Assembly: GCA_013239625.1 (NCBI GenBank)
Contig: MU053379.1
Span: 2,028,866 to 2,092,865 of the forward strand
Direction of reading: 5' to 3'
DNA length: 64,000 nt
Origin: Lama guanicoe
Lineage: Eukaryota
Within the stretch, counting starts at the first letter, position 1, and every line of letters starts with the position of its first letter. The notes beneath the pieces were generated by a model, which saw only the letters and a program-made list of their open reading frames with translations, had not been told where the DNA came from and searched no databases. A program made the position numbers and the translations under genes. This document shows, one piece after another, positions 1 through 11,965 of the stretch.

Positions 1-119
1 ACTTTAACAGTGCACAACCTTTAAAGGAAACACTTCAACATGTATGTCAATACATATGAAAATATTTTATAAATAGGTGTTCTTAGGTAGAAAACAGAAA
101 CTTATTTCTAAGTCATCTT

Positions 120-300
120 TCCAATTTAATGTAAAAATCTATAAGATTTATTTTTGGATTTACCTGAAGCCCTGAAAGTATTTTGAAGAAGAGCAATGAA
201 GGAACAGTTTTTCCCTACTCTATATGGAAATGTGTTTTACATTCTATTAAAGCCGCATCCTTGAACCAGACAGGTGAGTGGTACACAGGAGACGGCGCGA
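120..300 (+). mobile_element. Very degraded L1 ORF2 fragment
   Basis: gtattttgaagaagagcaatgaaggaacagtttttccctactctatatggaaatg resembles old L1M ORF2 sequence. Confidence 0.4.
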
Positions 301-694
301 AACTGCCATTAGGACGTGAGCCTAATCGCTAGCAAAGGAGACAGGCCTGACCGAGGCAGAAGGGACGGGTTTTTAGCAAAGTGTGTGGGGAAACTCGCAA
401 ATCGCTGGGGAAGACTACGGTCAGATTTACGCCTGACCACATGTAAGGTCCTCCTTCCTCTCCCACTGCTCTGTCAGACCCCGAAGTGCACTCACAAGCT
501 GGGAGTGGACGCCAGCTGCCCTCCCAGCCTCCTTCTTGCTGGCCTTGCGGCTGGTCGTGGGGATGCCCTTGGAAGTCCACTTTGATGAGCAGTGGCTATA
601 AACCCAGGATGCTGGGGCTTCAGTCGTCAAGTCTGAGCTCGCCTCAGATGCAGATCCTGTCCTGATCAAAGGCAGAGCTGAAGGCAGTCCTGGT

Positions 695-1015
695 GTTCCT
701 ACCACCTGGCACGTGACTTGAGTTATAAAACAGAGACCCCGACGCAGAACGCAGAACTGTGAGACTCCTAGAAGATAACATGGGAGCAAATCCATCCGGC
801 CTCGGATCTGGTGATAACTTTTAAGATGCAGCTCCCAAAACACAATCCGTGGCAGGAAAAAAATGGTAAGTTGGACTTGATTAAAATGGAAGGCTTTGGC
901 TTGGCGAAGGACACTGTTAAGAGGATAGAAAGATAAGCCCCACACTGGGAGAAAGGCTTTGCAAAACCCAGCTGTGATAAAGGACTGGATCCAGAATATG
1001 GGAAATTGTACATGG
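695..1015 (+). mobile_element. Old L1 (L1M-type) ORF2 fragment
   Basis: ctcctagaagataacatgggagcaaat...ggtaagttggacttgattaaaat...aggacactgttaagaggat...cactgggagaaaggctttgcaaa...gataaaggactggatccagaata follows the L1 ORF2 LLEENIGE...DLIKIK...WEKIFA region. Confidence 0.8.
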
Positions 1016-2837
1016 TACTGCTGGTGAGAACCGGGTGAGCGTGGAGACGGCTGCTTCAGAGGCGGAGGGGACTGTGATTGAGACCCTGTGGCCCTTGTTG
1101 AGGAGGTTTTGGGGTGTCATCCCCCATAATTATGGAAACCACTCAAGGAAACACAAAGACACCCCCCCCCAAGGAGGGATCAGAGCAGTGCACGCTTGCT
1201 CATCCTCCTTCTCTCTCTCTCTGTCACCTTCCTGACTCTTCTGGGCACCACATGGGACTTTTAGGAGCTGTGAGTCAGGCACAAATAGCATCGCAAGGTA
1301 AGGACTCCTTCCTGCGGGGGAGCCCACAGGGCATATGCAGGGACACGGACGGGCACACAGCTGTGGAGCATTTAGAGCATCCTGGCAGGGACTGTGGTCG
1401 CCCTAGTTGGCGGTTGAACTGGGACAAGGTTATTATCCGAGCAGAGGGGAGCAGGAGAGATTGGAAGAGGAGGTAGTATAGCTGGAGAAACATCTTGTCA
1501 TCAGTGCCCAACCAGGTGGCCCCCTTAAGGACCTGTCCCCGGTGGTATTGGGGTGAAGAGGAGCTGGTGGGTAAGAGCAGCCGGCCTCCTGTGGACTTGG
1601 AAGCCTGCCGGCCAGGAGCTGGGGCCCGCCTAGGGAAGCCGCGTGATTCCAGATCTTCTGTCCGGAACCTGTGTAGGAGCTGCTGCCATTTATAGAAACA
1701 ACGAAGGCGGGAGAAAGAGGCAGGGGTTTGCGGCTGGAGAGCCCTGCAGGGAGCCGACTGCCAGCTTTAGCTGTCGGGAAGCTAAGTCCACAAAAAGGAA
1801 GGATTTTAATAGCAGGTTAATTAGTTACCTGGAGATATTTTTGAGTTACAGGGTTTCTCTTTTACAGCATGTGTGTGTGTTAAAGAATTCTTCAGAGAAA
1901 GAATGGTGCTTCACCCAGAGTTAAGAATCTCAAGTACCCTGGTTCTTGGATGGGGGGTAGTTTCAGCCAAGGGGCCAGCCAGCTCCTTCTGTCAGGAGGA
2001 TGCCACGTGCCAAAAGAGCAGGCATCAGTGACGTCACAGTCAAGGCAAATGGCTTGATTATGTGCTTGGGTCTCTGGCAGTTTCTCCCGTTCGCCAGTCA
2101 CGGACACAGCAGAGGCTCTGCGTTCACTCAGTATAGTATGAAGCCGTTAGACTCGATGCCAAAAGGAATCACGTTACTAGTGCTGGGCTTTGAAGGCATG
2201 GGAAGTGAGTGAAATAATGTGCTTTTCATTTTCACGAGGGAGACCCTGCAGAGGGGGGTTAAGAGGAAAAACAAAACCCTACAGAGAAATAGAATGCCCC
2301 AGTCCCGGGACGTTCACTCCCCACCCCCCGGAAGGGCTTCAGGAATCCCGTCCACGGTGCCAGCAAGAAGTCCTCCATCGGTGCTCATTTGTTGCCATTT
2401 GTCATCGTGATTATCTGTAGCAGTTTCTTGGGGTGACCTGAATCTAGAAATTGTCCCCCCGGAGTCAGAAGCCAGGGGGTGACCTTGCGTGGCTGCTCTG
2501 GTCCTGTCCCAGCCTTTCCTTCAAGTGATGAATGACACACCCCGCCCTCGAGCCCCGGGGAGAAATGAAATGCAGGCTCAGGGCCTTAGCCGTCTCCTGT
2601 AACGGCCAACGCGGCGTGAGGATTCTCTGGGTATTTCAGAAGTGGCCTCTGACCCGATGCAGGTCTGTAAATCAGCTGACAGTGTGTTGTGCCACTGTGC
2701 GCAGCAGCATCCTTCACGCCGGGATTTTTTCTTATATGGGACATGGAGACTATTGTGGGGTTCAGTACACCCCCTTCTTCACGGGGGGACTTTTCTGAAC
2801 TTTAACTTCAAAGATTTTTTTGAAGGGGGAGTGTCAG

Positions 2838-3591
2838 ACTGTTGGTGGGAATGTAGTTTGGTGCAGTCACTATGGAAAATGAAAAACAGTATGGAAATTC
2901 CTTAAAAAACTAAAAATAAACTTAACATATGATCCAACAATCCCACTCCTGGGCTTATATCCAGAGGGAACTCTAATTCGAAAAGATACGTGTTCCCCAA
3001 TGTTCATAGCAGCACTATTTACAATCGCCAGCATATGGAAACAATCTAAATGTCTATCGACAGATGACTGGATAAAGAAGTTGTAGTAAATATATATGTA
3101 TATATAAAATATATATGTGTATATATACACACAATGGAATACTACTCAACCATAAAAAAGAATAAAATAATGCCATTTACTGCAACATGAATGGACCTGT
3201 CATTCTAAGTGAAGTAAGACAGAAAGAGAAAAAATAATACCATATGGTATCACTTACATGTGAAATCTAAAAAAAAAAGAAGACACAAATGAATTTATCT
3301 ACAAAACAGAAACAGACTCACATAGCAAACAAACGTATGGTTCCCCAGGAGGAATGTGGGTGGGGAGGGATAAACTGGGAGTTCGAGATGTGCAGACACT
3401 ACTATATATAAAATAGATAAACAAGTTTCTACTGTAGAGCACAGGGAATCATGCTCAATACGTAGTAGTAACCTATAATGAAAAAGAACATGAAAAGGAA
3501 TGTATGTATATTTATGTATGCCTGAGACGTGCTGTACACCAGAAACCGACACAACATTATAAACTGAGTATAGTTTAAGTTTAAAAAAAAA
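2838..3591 (+). mobile_element. 5'-truncated L1: ORF2 C-terminus, 3' UTR and A-tail
   Basis: Canonical L1 3' motifs (atatgatccaacaatcccactcctggg, atgttcatagcagcactatttacaat, atggaatactactca). A-tail at 3583-3591. Imperfect TSD GAAGGGGGAGTGTCAG (2822-2837) / GAAGGGGGGTGTGTCAG (3596-3612). Confidence 0.95.
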
Positions 3592-4371
3592 GAGAGAAGG
3601 GGGGTGTGTCAGGACCACAACGCTTCACAAGTTAAGCTCAGAAAGCTACAGTTTGCCCCCAAAAGTGACTGTACCCCTGGGGACCCACAGTGTTTCTCAG
3701 CTCCACCTGGGAGGGGAGAGGGGGGCGCTTCCACCAGCAGGAGTATGGGTCTGTGGCCACTGTGGCAGTGAGCCACCGCAGAGCGTTGATGCTCAGTGAG
3801 ACAAAGATCAGGCTCGCTGGACCATTCCTATCATGTGATAAAGAGCCGTAAACCATAAGGCTTTGGAGGGCAAGAGCTGCCGCAGGTGCACCCGTGGCCC
3901 AGAGCACAGCCTGGCGCCTGAGGCGGCCGGCTCCCCCTGACTCAGCGGGAGCAGGTGGCCTTGGGTGCCAGCGCCCAGTCTCCCTGGAAGACGAGCCGTT
4001 GCCCATGCACTGTCTGCAGAAACTTATTGTGCCCTCCTCCAGAAAACCACGCTGCTGGCTCTGAGCACATCACAGCGTCCAGGGGAGGGTGAGAAATCCT
4101 CCCAGGCGTCTGACAGGCCCGAGCCAGGCTCACTGACTGGCTATCCCTGCGTGGAAAGATCAGGAAAGGTCCCCGCCTCGGTCCTCTGAGCCTTCCGGAG
4201 TGAACAGAACTGCACCGTGTCCCCAAGCTCCCGAGCAGGACTGAGCCCCACCTGCCTACAGAAGCCACCTGCTCGTTAACACGACAGACAGTGGGAGAGA
4301 ACCGGCAGGTCCACAGGTTAACGACTGGTTGCCAAAGTCTTCCATTTCACACGCAGCTCTTCCTGACAGTC

Positions 4372-4580
4372 TTTTTCTGTTGTTTGTTTGTTTGTTTGAT
4401 GGAAGTCTAGTCAGTTTACAATGTTGTGTCAATTTCTGGTTACAGCACAATGTCCCAGACATACATATACATACAGATACTTGTTTTCACATTCTTTTTC
4501 ATTAAAGGTTAGTACAGGATATTGAATGTAGTTCCCCGTGCTGTACAGAAAAAACTTGTTGTTTATCTACTTTATATACA
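4372..4580 (-). mobile_element. Short L1 3'-UTR fragment with (TTTG)n-degenerated tail
   Basis: gaagtctagtcagtttacaatgttgtgtcaatttctgg...ttgttgtttatctactttatatac is the reverse complement of the 3' ends seen at ~3400-3580 and ~45860-46030. Confidence 0.9.
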
Positions 4581-6149
4581 AGAACAAATAGTTGATATTT
4601 GTTCTTGGCTTTGTAACTGCTCCACGTCTGCATCTGTGGGCAAAGCCACCACCTCCTGACTGGCTTCCTGGCTTCCTGGCATCCCGCACGTGTTTCAGGC
4701 GCCTCTTAGGCTCTGCATTCTCACCAGTTTGGGGAGAGGAAGGTCCTGCCCTTCTCCTTCGCTGTCTTAGCCAGTGGGGAAGTCAGAGGTGAGGGAAGGG
4801 CTTCAGTACAAGGTGTGTTAACGAGGAGGTGGCTTTTGTGGGCGGGCGGGGCTCAGTCCCGCCAGGGAGCTCGGAGACACAGCACAGGAGGGGGACGCCG
4901 GGGTTTTTAACCTCCTGCTCCCAGCCGTCCTTGGCTGCCGCTGTGCGTGCTGGCATCCGCCCCCAGCTCTCTGGTCTGCTCCCCTGTCCCGCCTGCAGGG
5001 TGGGGAAAAGCCCTTGGGCGGAGGGCCTCTGCCACTTCATGAGGACCACGAGCGCCCAGGGGACCCGCTGGGACACTCAGAGCACCAGCTGCGCTCAGGT
5101 CTTGAGAACCTTGAAGGCAAGTCCCTCCCGGGGCTGCGGCTGCACGCACGTGCTTGCCGACCGGCCCGCGCGGACGCCGTGGGCGCAGCTCTTGCCTCCG
5201 GCAGGCGGGCCCGGCTGCCGCGCCTCGCGTGGTGGCTGCGGACACAGAGATGCACCCACGCCGGCTGAGCGAGGCCAGGACGGCTCGGCCACTGACGGCC
5301 GTGTTGCCAAACTTGTCTTTTGCCGCTTGTTTTCAACTGAAATTCGTTCAACACGGTGTGATTTGGAAAATTTGGAAGTACTGGAATACGAGGGCTGGGG
5401 TGTCTGGCCCGTCACTCAGTTATGAGTAAGCTAAGCAGGCGTGTCACCTCTCCGGCCCGGGTTCTCATTCGGAAGCTTTGGACTGGAGGCGAGGCCCTGA
5501 CCCTCGGTGATTCTGCGAGACGACCGCTCGTGGGAAGCCGTGCTTACGTCTCGACCGCGCTTTGTGCTTCCCAAACCCATTTTTACAGACCCACTTCCTC
5601 CGCGGGACACGCAGCTGCCTGAGTTTTGGGTTTTCACAAAAAGAGGAAAATGGGGTGGAATTTGAGGTGCACTTGCAGTAGTAACCCACGGGGACCTGCC
5701 CGGCAGGTTGCCTGGCTGATGAGAGGGGGTCCTCTCCTGTAGACTTGGTTCTGTGCCTTTGTCAGACAACTAGTCTGTTCAGCTCCCGAGTCCCCGCTCA
5801 CAGAGGATCCAGAACGTGCTGTAGACCCCGTCTTCCTTATCCTCACACTCAGCTGAGGGATGCTTCCGTGTGCTGATCTTGGAGGAGGGAGAATCCCCAA
5901 GGGCACAGCTGACTTAGCCGAGTTCCCTGGGGCGGTGGGCTCAGTCTCAGAGCTGCGTTTGCTGCTCAGGAACATTTGGGTCGCAGGAGACCTGTCTTTC
6001 CTGGCCCTGGGTCCTTGGTGTTCTCCGGGAAGTCTCCAAAACAGCAAAACTGAGTTCAGTTACGTAAGAAAAATCCTGTAGGATTCAACAAATGCATATT
6101 GACTCCCCCGTTTAATAACAAGTCTCTGAAAGTCCTCCGAGTTCTCGGC

Positions 6150-6400
6150 AGGAACGTTGTAAACGCTCACCTTTCCTGCTGCCAACTGTGTGCCTGGACT
6201 TGTCAGAGGCCTCGGCTGCCTATGCGTTGGAGGAACATTTCAGGATGTTCTCGGGGGAGCTTGGGAGGCGAATATGAATGAGAAACAGTCCCTGCCTGCG
6301 AGGAGTTTGTGGTCCAGAGGAAGAAGCCGACATTTGAGGCAATGCTCTCAAGAGAAGCGCTCCAGTGCTGCATCTTGCCTGTCGGTGCACGTGAAGTCTG
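6150..6400 (-). mobile_element. L2 3'-end fragment
   Basis: actgtgtgcctggac...atgaatgagaaacagtccctgcctgcgaggagtttgtggtccagagg is typical of antisense L2. Confidence 0.55.
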
Positions 6401-6429
6401 TCGAAAGAGAAGTTAAAGTAATGACAGTG

Positions 6430-6615
6430 AACACCTCCTGAGCAGCTAGCATGTGCCGCTCACTGGCTTCCGCACTTTACCTGCCTCCGTGCTCGGCTTT
6501 ACCCAACTCTGGGAGGCCTGGGAGGCAGTGGCCACAATTTCAGACGAGGAAGCTGAGGTCCAGGACGGCCTGCCCAAGTCAGAGTGAGAAACTTGGAGGC
6601 CTGGCTTCAGACTCG
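6430..6615 (-). mobile_element. MIR fragment
   Basis: cacaatttcagacgaggaagctgaggtcc...cctgcccaagtc is the MIR core in reverse. Confidence 0.65.
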
Positions 6616-7289
6616 ATTGAAAACCCCTCTGACCAATCTGAGAAGAGTCTGATGGGTGGAGGGGTGGGGCCTGAGAGACCTGGGTCTGGGGTGGGGCATC
6701 GAGAGTCAGGAAAACTCAGGCTGACTTGGATTCTTTTCAGTTGGGCGCCTAGGGAACAAGGGGTCCTGCCCGTCCACGAAGAGGACGCAGAGTGAGAGCC
6801 GGGGTCTCTGAGACGGGAGCCTGAGCCTGAGCTGGGAAGAGCGGGGCTGCATGTTGATGGGGTAGCTGGGGAGTGTCCAGGGGGCTCCCTGGAGAGTCAG
6901 GAAAACCAGGCCAGTTCGCTGGGTGACCTTCGCACACCAGCTCTTCTCTGGAGTGGGTGCCAGAGACACCTGCTCCCAGAGAGCCACAGCCTCATCACAC
7001 CCCAGAATGCACCCTTGCCCGTCCTGCAGACCTGGTCCCCCTCCCGCCTTCCCATGCTCTGAGCCCCACCCAGCCACCCGCCGGTTCTGAAGGCAGAGGC
7101 CCCACCTCCTCCTAGCGCAGCCTCCCCCTCCCTCCCGGGGCTGCTCTCAGATGCTGATGCGCATATGCTGGCCGACCCTCCTCCCCAGCTCTGGAATCAG
7201 GCCTCACCTCTGGGCAGGAGTGCCCGCCCTCCCTCCTCTCTCTGGGCTGTGCTGTGGCTCTGTCCCTCCCTCCAGTGCCCTCTGCACGT

Positions 7290-7790
7290 GAAGGCCTGCG
7301 TGACCTTTCTGCAGATTTAACCTGATCAAGCTCCCCCTTCGTAAAAATGCACAAAAGTCAACGCGTCCAATTGGGCACACCTGGCACACCTGGGCCACCT
7401 GGGCCGCGGGGTCTGGCCCCTCCCCTACCGTTCCCTCCTCTCAGGACCCCCTCCAGCCTTACTGCCCTGCATAAGCACCATGCTGGCGTCCCTGTCCTGG
7501 TGTCTCTAGGCTCTTCATCTTCCTGGATATTTCCCCTTATCCCCTGCCTCACCCTCCTCCTCCCACCTCCCTCCGCAGGCAGGGGACTCACAGTCCTCCT
7601 TAAGGGCTCCCAGGGCACCTCCCTGATGCTCATCACAGTTGAAACCTCATACTCATTACTGCAATTAGATTGTCCATCCCTAGGGAGGAATCTGTCCTTA
7701 TCCCAGTGCTTAGCAAGTGGCAGGCCCATAACAGGTGCTCAGCCAGTGTGACCTAGTGAAGGAGGGAAGGAAGGCAGGAAGGCAGCAAGC
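7290..7790 (+). mobile_element. L2 3' fragment
   Basis: Pyrimidine-rich body ending tatcccagtgcttagcaagtggcaggcccataacaggtgctcagcc...gtgaaggagggaaggaagg, like the L2 terminus. Confidence 0.65.
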
Positions 7791-9074
7791 CAGCCCAGGA
7801 CAGTCAACCTTCCTTCCCCTTTGGAGGTTGTTTCTCATGTGAGGACAGAGCCCATCCCTTGCCGAAATGTTCTGGACAATGAGAACCTTCTGCTGAGCCA
7901 TGTCCTCCAGTCACTGACTTGGTGGGACCTCAGAGATTTCAGGAAGGACCCCTGGGCAGCGTTTGAGGACTCCCCGAGCATGTGGCTCCGTCAGCACGAG
8001 CCTCTGCGGCCTTGTGCACTGAATCAAATTGCAGGGTCCGTGATTCAGTGAGAAGGCCAGCCCAGCAGACGGGAAGCGCGCTGCTCCAGGACTCTGCGGT
8101 GCTGCGGCCTGGGCGTCCCCTTTTCTGCGGGCGCACGGCCGGCACCGCCTTCTGCCTGAGCCCACGGGTCAGCACACCCCCTGTCTCCACTGTGGGGATC
8201 AATAAATTACCCACTCGTGATCACCTGCTTGCATGTGATTCCTGACTGCTGAGGCCCGGTGAATCAGAACCACTGATCGGGTCTGATTCATTGGCCCAAC
8301 TGTCCCATGACCAGGGCCTCCACCTGCGCTCCCGCGTCAGCAGCCCTCCCCCGACACCCACGACGGAGGCTGACGTTTAACAAGCAATAGCTCCGTGGCA
8401 GGTTTGGGACTGAGCTTGGCTTTCCCAAAGCAGCGGGGAAAGGAACCAAAAAGGAAAGTTTTCTGCAATTGAAACAAATGGAAAAGAAATTCTAGATGCA
8501 TTCAGTCTAGGACGCTGGACACAGACTCCGGCTATCACATTTCAGTGGCTTGTGGGCTTGTGGAGTAGTTTGTGTGTATAGGTTTTAACCAAACCTAAAT
8601 TTAGGGTTTGGAATGTTTGGCAAGATCGTAAGGGTAGATGGCATTTTTACCAGCTCTCCCAGCTGCTTTTCTTGCCTCTGGGGTTAAATGAAGTTCCAGA
8701 TGCCCAGAAGATCTGCCTTCTCTGTGTGGACCCCGGAGTCACTGCGGCTGGGGGCAGGAGAGAATCCGGCAGGTCTGCACAGCCAGGAGGCTGGGCCAGG
8801 TGCCCCGAGGCCGGAGCGTGCGCAGCTGCTCTATCGGGAGCTCTGGGAGGGGCTGCCTCCGCTCGCGCAACTGCAGGGCCAGCTTGGGTCCGCACTGCTT
8901 TATTATTCTCGGGTTACAGTGGGAGGCAAAGTCTCAGAGTGTTGTGGGGAGCAGAGGGAGCTGAGGAGAGACTCAGCGATGGGCTTGCAGATTGGAGAGA
9001 GTGACTTCCCAGGAACAGAGGTCCTGGGGGTGGTGCGTAGGGGTCAGCTGAAAATAAAATGGCATTAGAACATA

Positions 9075-9655
9075 CAGAAAGAATCAAACATGGAGTTACC
9101 CTATGATCCAGCAACTCCACTCCTAAGTGTAGATCCCGAGGAACTGAAAGCAGGGTCTCGAAGAGGTATCTGTTCACCTGTGTTCATAGCGGCCTTATTC
9201 ATAATCGCCAAAAGGTGGAAGCAACCCAGGTGTCCACTGACAGGTGAATGGGTAAACAAACTGGTGTGTACATGTGATGGAATATTATTCAGCTGTTAAA
9301 AAGATGGGAGATTCCGAGACAAGCTTCAACATGAGTGAATCATCAGTGAAGATTCATCCTGAGTGGAATAAGCCAGACCCAAAAAGGCAAATACTGCCTG
9401 GTTGCATTTAGATGAGGTGCCTAGAGTCAGATTCAGAGAAACAGAAGGTAGAAGGGCAGGAGCAGGGGCTGGGGAGAGGGGGGCTGGGGGTCAGTGTTGA
9501 GTAGGGACAGAATTTCAGTTTTGCAAGATGAAAAAGTCCTGGAGACAGGCTGGACAACAGCTGAATGTACTTAACACTGCTGAAAGGTATACTTAAAAAG
9601 GAGTAAGAAATTTTATGTCCTGTATGTGTTACCACAATTAAAAGAAAAGAATTTT
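9075..9655 (+). mobile_element. L1MB-type 3' end
   Basis: ORF2 remnant ELPYDPATPLL...PVFIAALFIIAKRWKQPRCP, then an L1MB-like 3' UTR (gggacagaatttcagttttgcaagatgaaaaagtcctggaga...accacaattaaaag). Confidence 0.9.
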
Positions 9656-9674
9656 AAATAAACTTGAAAAAAAA

Positions 9675-9945
9675 AACATGGAAAGATGCTCAGCCTCATC
9701 ACTTGTAAGCAAATTACAAGTTTGCGTCCTTGGACCCTGTGTTTCCAGTTTCAGAGTAGCAGAGGTGAAAAAAATTAGATAGCCTGATGTGTTGAGGGGG
9801 ATATGGAATCAGGCACTCTTACACGTCACCTGTGGATGTTAAAATCAATGCTGACCCTTGGGATGGTGTTTATATCTATCAGAGTTTTAAAATGCTTTTA
9901 GCTGCCAGTTCTGCTTCTAGTTTACCCTAGAGGAGTAAATGTCCT
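9675..9945 (+). mobile_element. Degraded L1ME-like ORF2 C-terminal fragment
   Basis: atggaaagatgctcagcctcatca...gatatggaatcaggcactcttacac...cagttctgcttctagtttaccctagagga. Confidence 0.55.
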
Positions 9946-11264
9946 CATCCGGGCAGCGTGCATAGGGTGACTGCAGCCCAGCTTGCAGAGCTAGTGACCA
10001 GCAGCAGTGCAGACGCCCGCCCCCAGGGTCCCAGGTGGATGGGTCGCTTCTGCACTCCGGGCGGGGGCTGAGGCGGCTGGGCTGATGTGCGCACGAGGAG
10101 AGGTTTCCAACATATGTTACGTGAAAACAGCAGCATGCAGACCATGCTGCCGTTCGTGTGAAATCAGCCCGTTTAGGTCAAAGGAAAGGAGGCCCTGTTT
10201 ACGCCCACGTGCTGGTACACGTGTAAGAACATTCGTGCGAGGGCCCCAGAGGGACTGGGCGCCCTGCTTGTCGCTGGGCCGGGAGCTGGGTGCCTGGGGA
10301 ATTCATTTCTCTTTGCGTCTTTGAGGATCATTTTGTGTTACCTGCTGTCAACAAGTGCACGGCGCCTAACATAGCCATTCCCGCAGGGCTGGCTGTGGTC
10401 AGGAAGGCCCGAGGCTGGGCAGCTTCCCAGAGGCCTCTCTGGTCCACTCTGAAGACCAAACCACCGAGACTCAGCCCCTTGCAGAAAACGCCCCTGCTCC
10501 GAGGGTCCTCCCCGCGTCCCAAGATTATAACGGTTCAAGATCCCCTTGTGGCTGGGAGTCAGGATTTGTGTGGCTTTTAAAGACTGGCCCTGTCTGTCAC
10601 TTACAACGTCACTGCATTGATTGAATCAGTTTGCTTTCCTCTGAAAACTTCTTTGGTGGTTTTCATACTGAAGGAAGGGGAGTTTCAATTGTGAAAGAAA
10701 AAAGAAAAAAAAAAAGAGGAGAGAGAGGCCATGTGGGGGCACAGGCCCCTGGCGGTGCTGGGGGGGGCTCTGGGGGCCCTTTTCCAAGGAGGGAGAGAGG
10801 AGGCCCCAGAAAGTGGAAGCAGGTCAGGCTGGGGAGGGAAGGGAGCCCCACTGCCACAGGTTTGCTTTGTTCCCCAGAAACCCTGCCTCCCTAACCCACT
10901 TCAGGAGAGCGACCCCGTCCCCTTCCAGGGAGACAGAGCCCCCTCCCTCACTGTTGGTTTGGGGACACCAGAATGAAGAGTGGTCCATGCTGTTTCTTGT
11001 CGTCTTCTCTGTTCTCGCGTGCTTTGTCGATCGAATGGCTTAATGACGGGCACAGGCGTTCCCAAGGAAAGAGAGCGTGAGGTGTGGGTTATGTTGTGGT
11101 TAAATTGGGAGAGAAAGCGGGGTTCCAGTGTCCCTGTCAGGCCCGCCAGGCCCCAGAGAACCAACAGAGACTGATGCTCGGTGGGAACCTGGGGCCCGAA
11201 GGCGGCCCCGCCTCTGCGGGTCATGGTTGGAGACGCGGACACTGGGATCCGTCACACAGGGCCT

Positions 11265-11410
11265 GAGTTCTGGCTCCAAAGCCTTGTACGCAGGTACTTG
11301 AATACCTAAACCTCAGTTTTATTTGTCTACAAAACAGGGACAGTAATGATAATCCTTTCTCCAAAGAAGAGTCTGGAAGATCTGTCAGATAAATGTGGGG
11401 CATTAACTAT
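11265..11410 (+). mobile_element. MIR fragment
   Basis: aggtacttgaatacctaaacctcagttttatttgtctacaaaacagggacagtaatgataat resembles the MIR core. Confidence 0.65.
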
Positions 11411-11829
11411 TCTCTTGTAACTTTTCTTTGGCACCACCCAAGGAGCCAAGGGCTCAGATGCTAAACAGATTCCTCTTGGACTGAGTTAAACACCCTGTAA
11501 GGCGACAGGAGGGTCTCGGGGCTGGGGGCTCAGAGCCGCTGGGGGCACGGGAGGGCGCTCGGTTTTCCCGCCACCTCCGTTCTCCCTCTTTCCTTTTCAC
11601 AGTTCACCGTGTTCACGTCTGTCCTTCCTTTTTCCTCGCGGTGCTTTGACCTGTCATAAAATACCTTAAGCTGTTAACCATAAGGTGAGGAATAGGAGTT
11701 GCCCAGCGGATGGATTCAATGTTGTAGACGACATTAAGTCTGCATTTGTTACTGTGCTAGTAAACAAGATTAAAGCAACCACCAAAGAAAGAAAAAAATC
11801 CGATTGGTTTTCCTTGCACCGGAACCCAT

Positions 11830-11965
11830 GCTTCTGAGTAAGAATAATAATGACACAGCGCTTTGTAACACCCAGAGCAGAAGCATCTTTTGCCTGATTT
11901 GGTAGATGAAGATACCGAGGTTCAGAGGAGACACCTGACTCCCCCATGGCAGACCTGGAGCTTTC
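11830..11965 (-). mobile_element. MIR fragment
   Basis: gatttggtagatgaagataccgaggttcagaggag...tgactcccccatggc. Confidence 0.55.
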
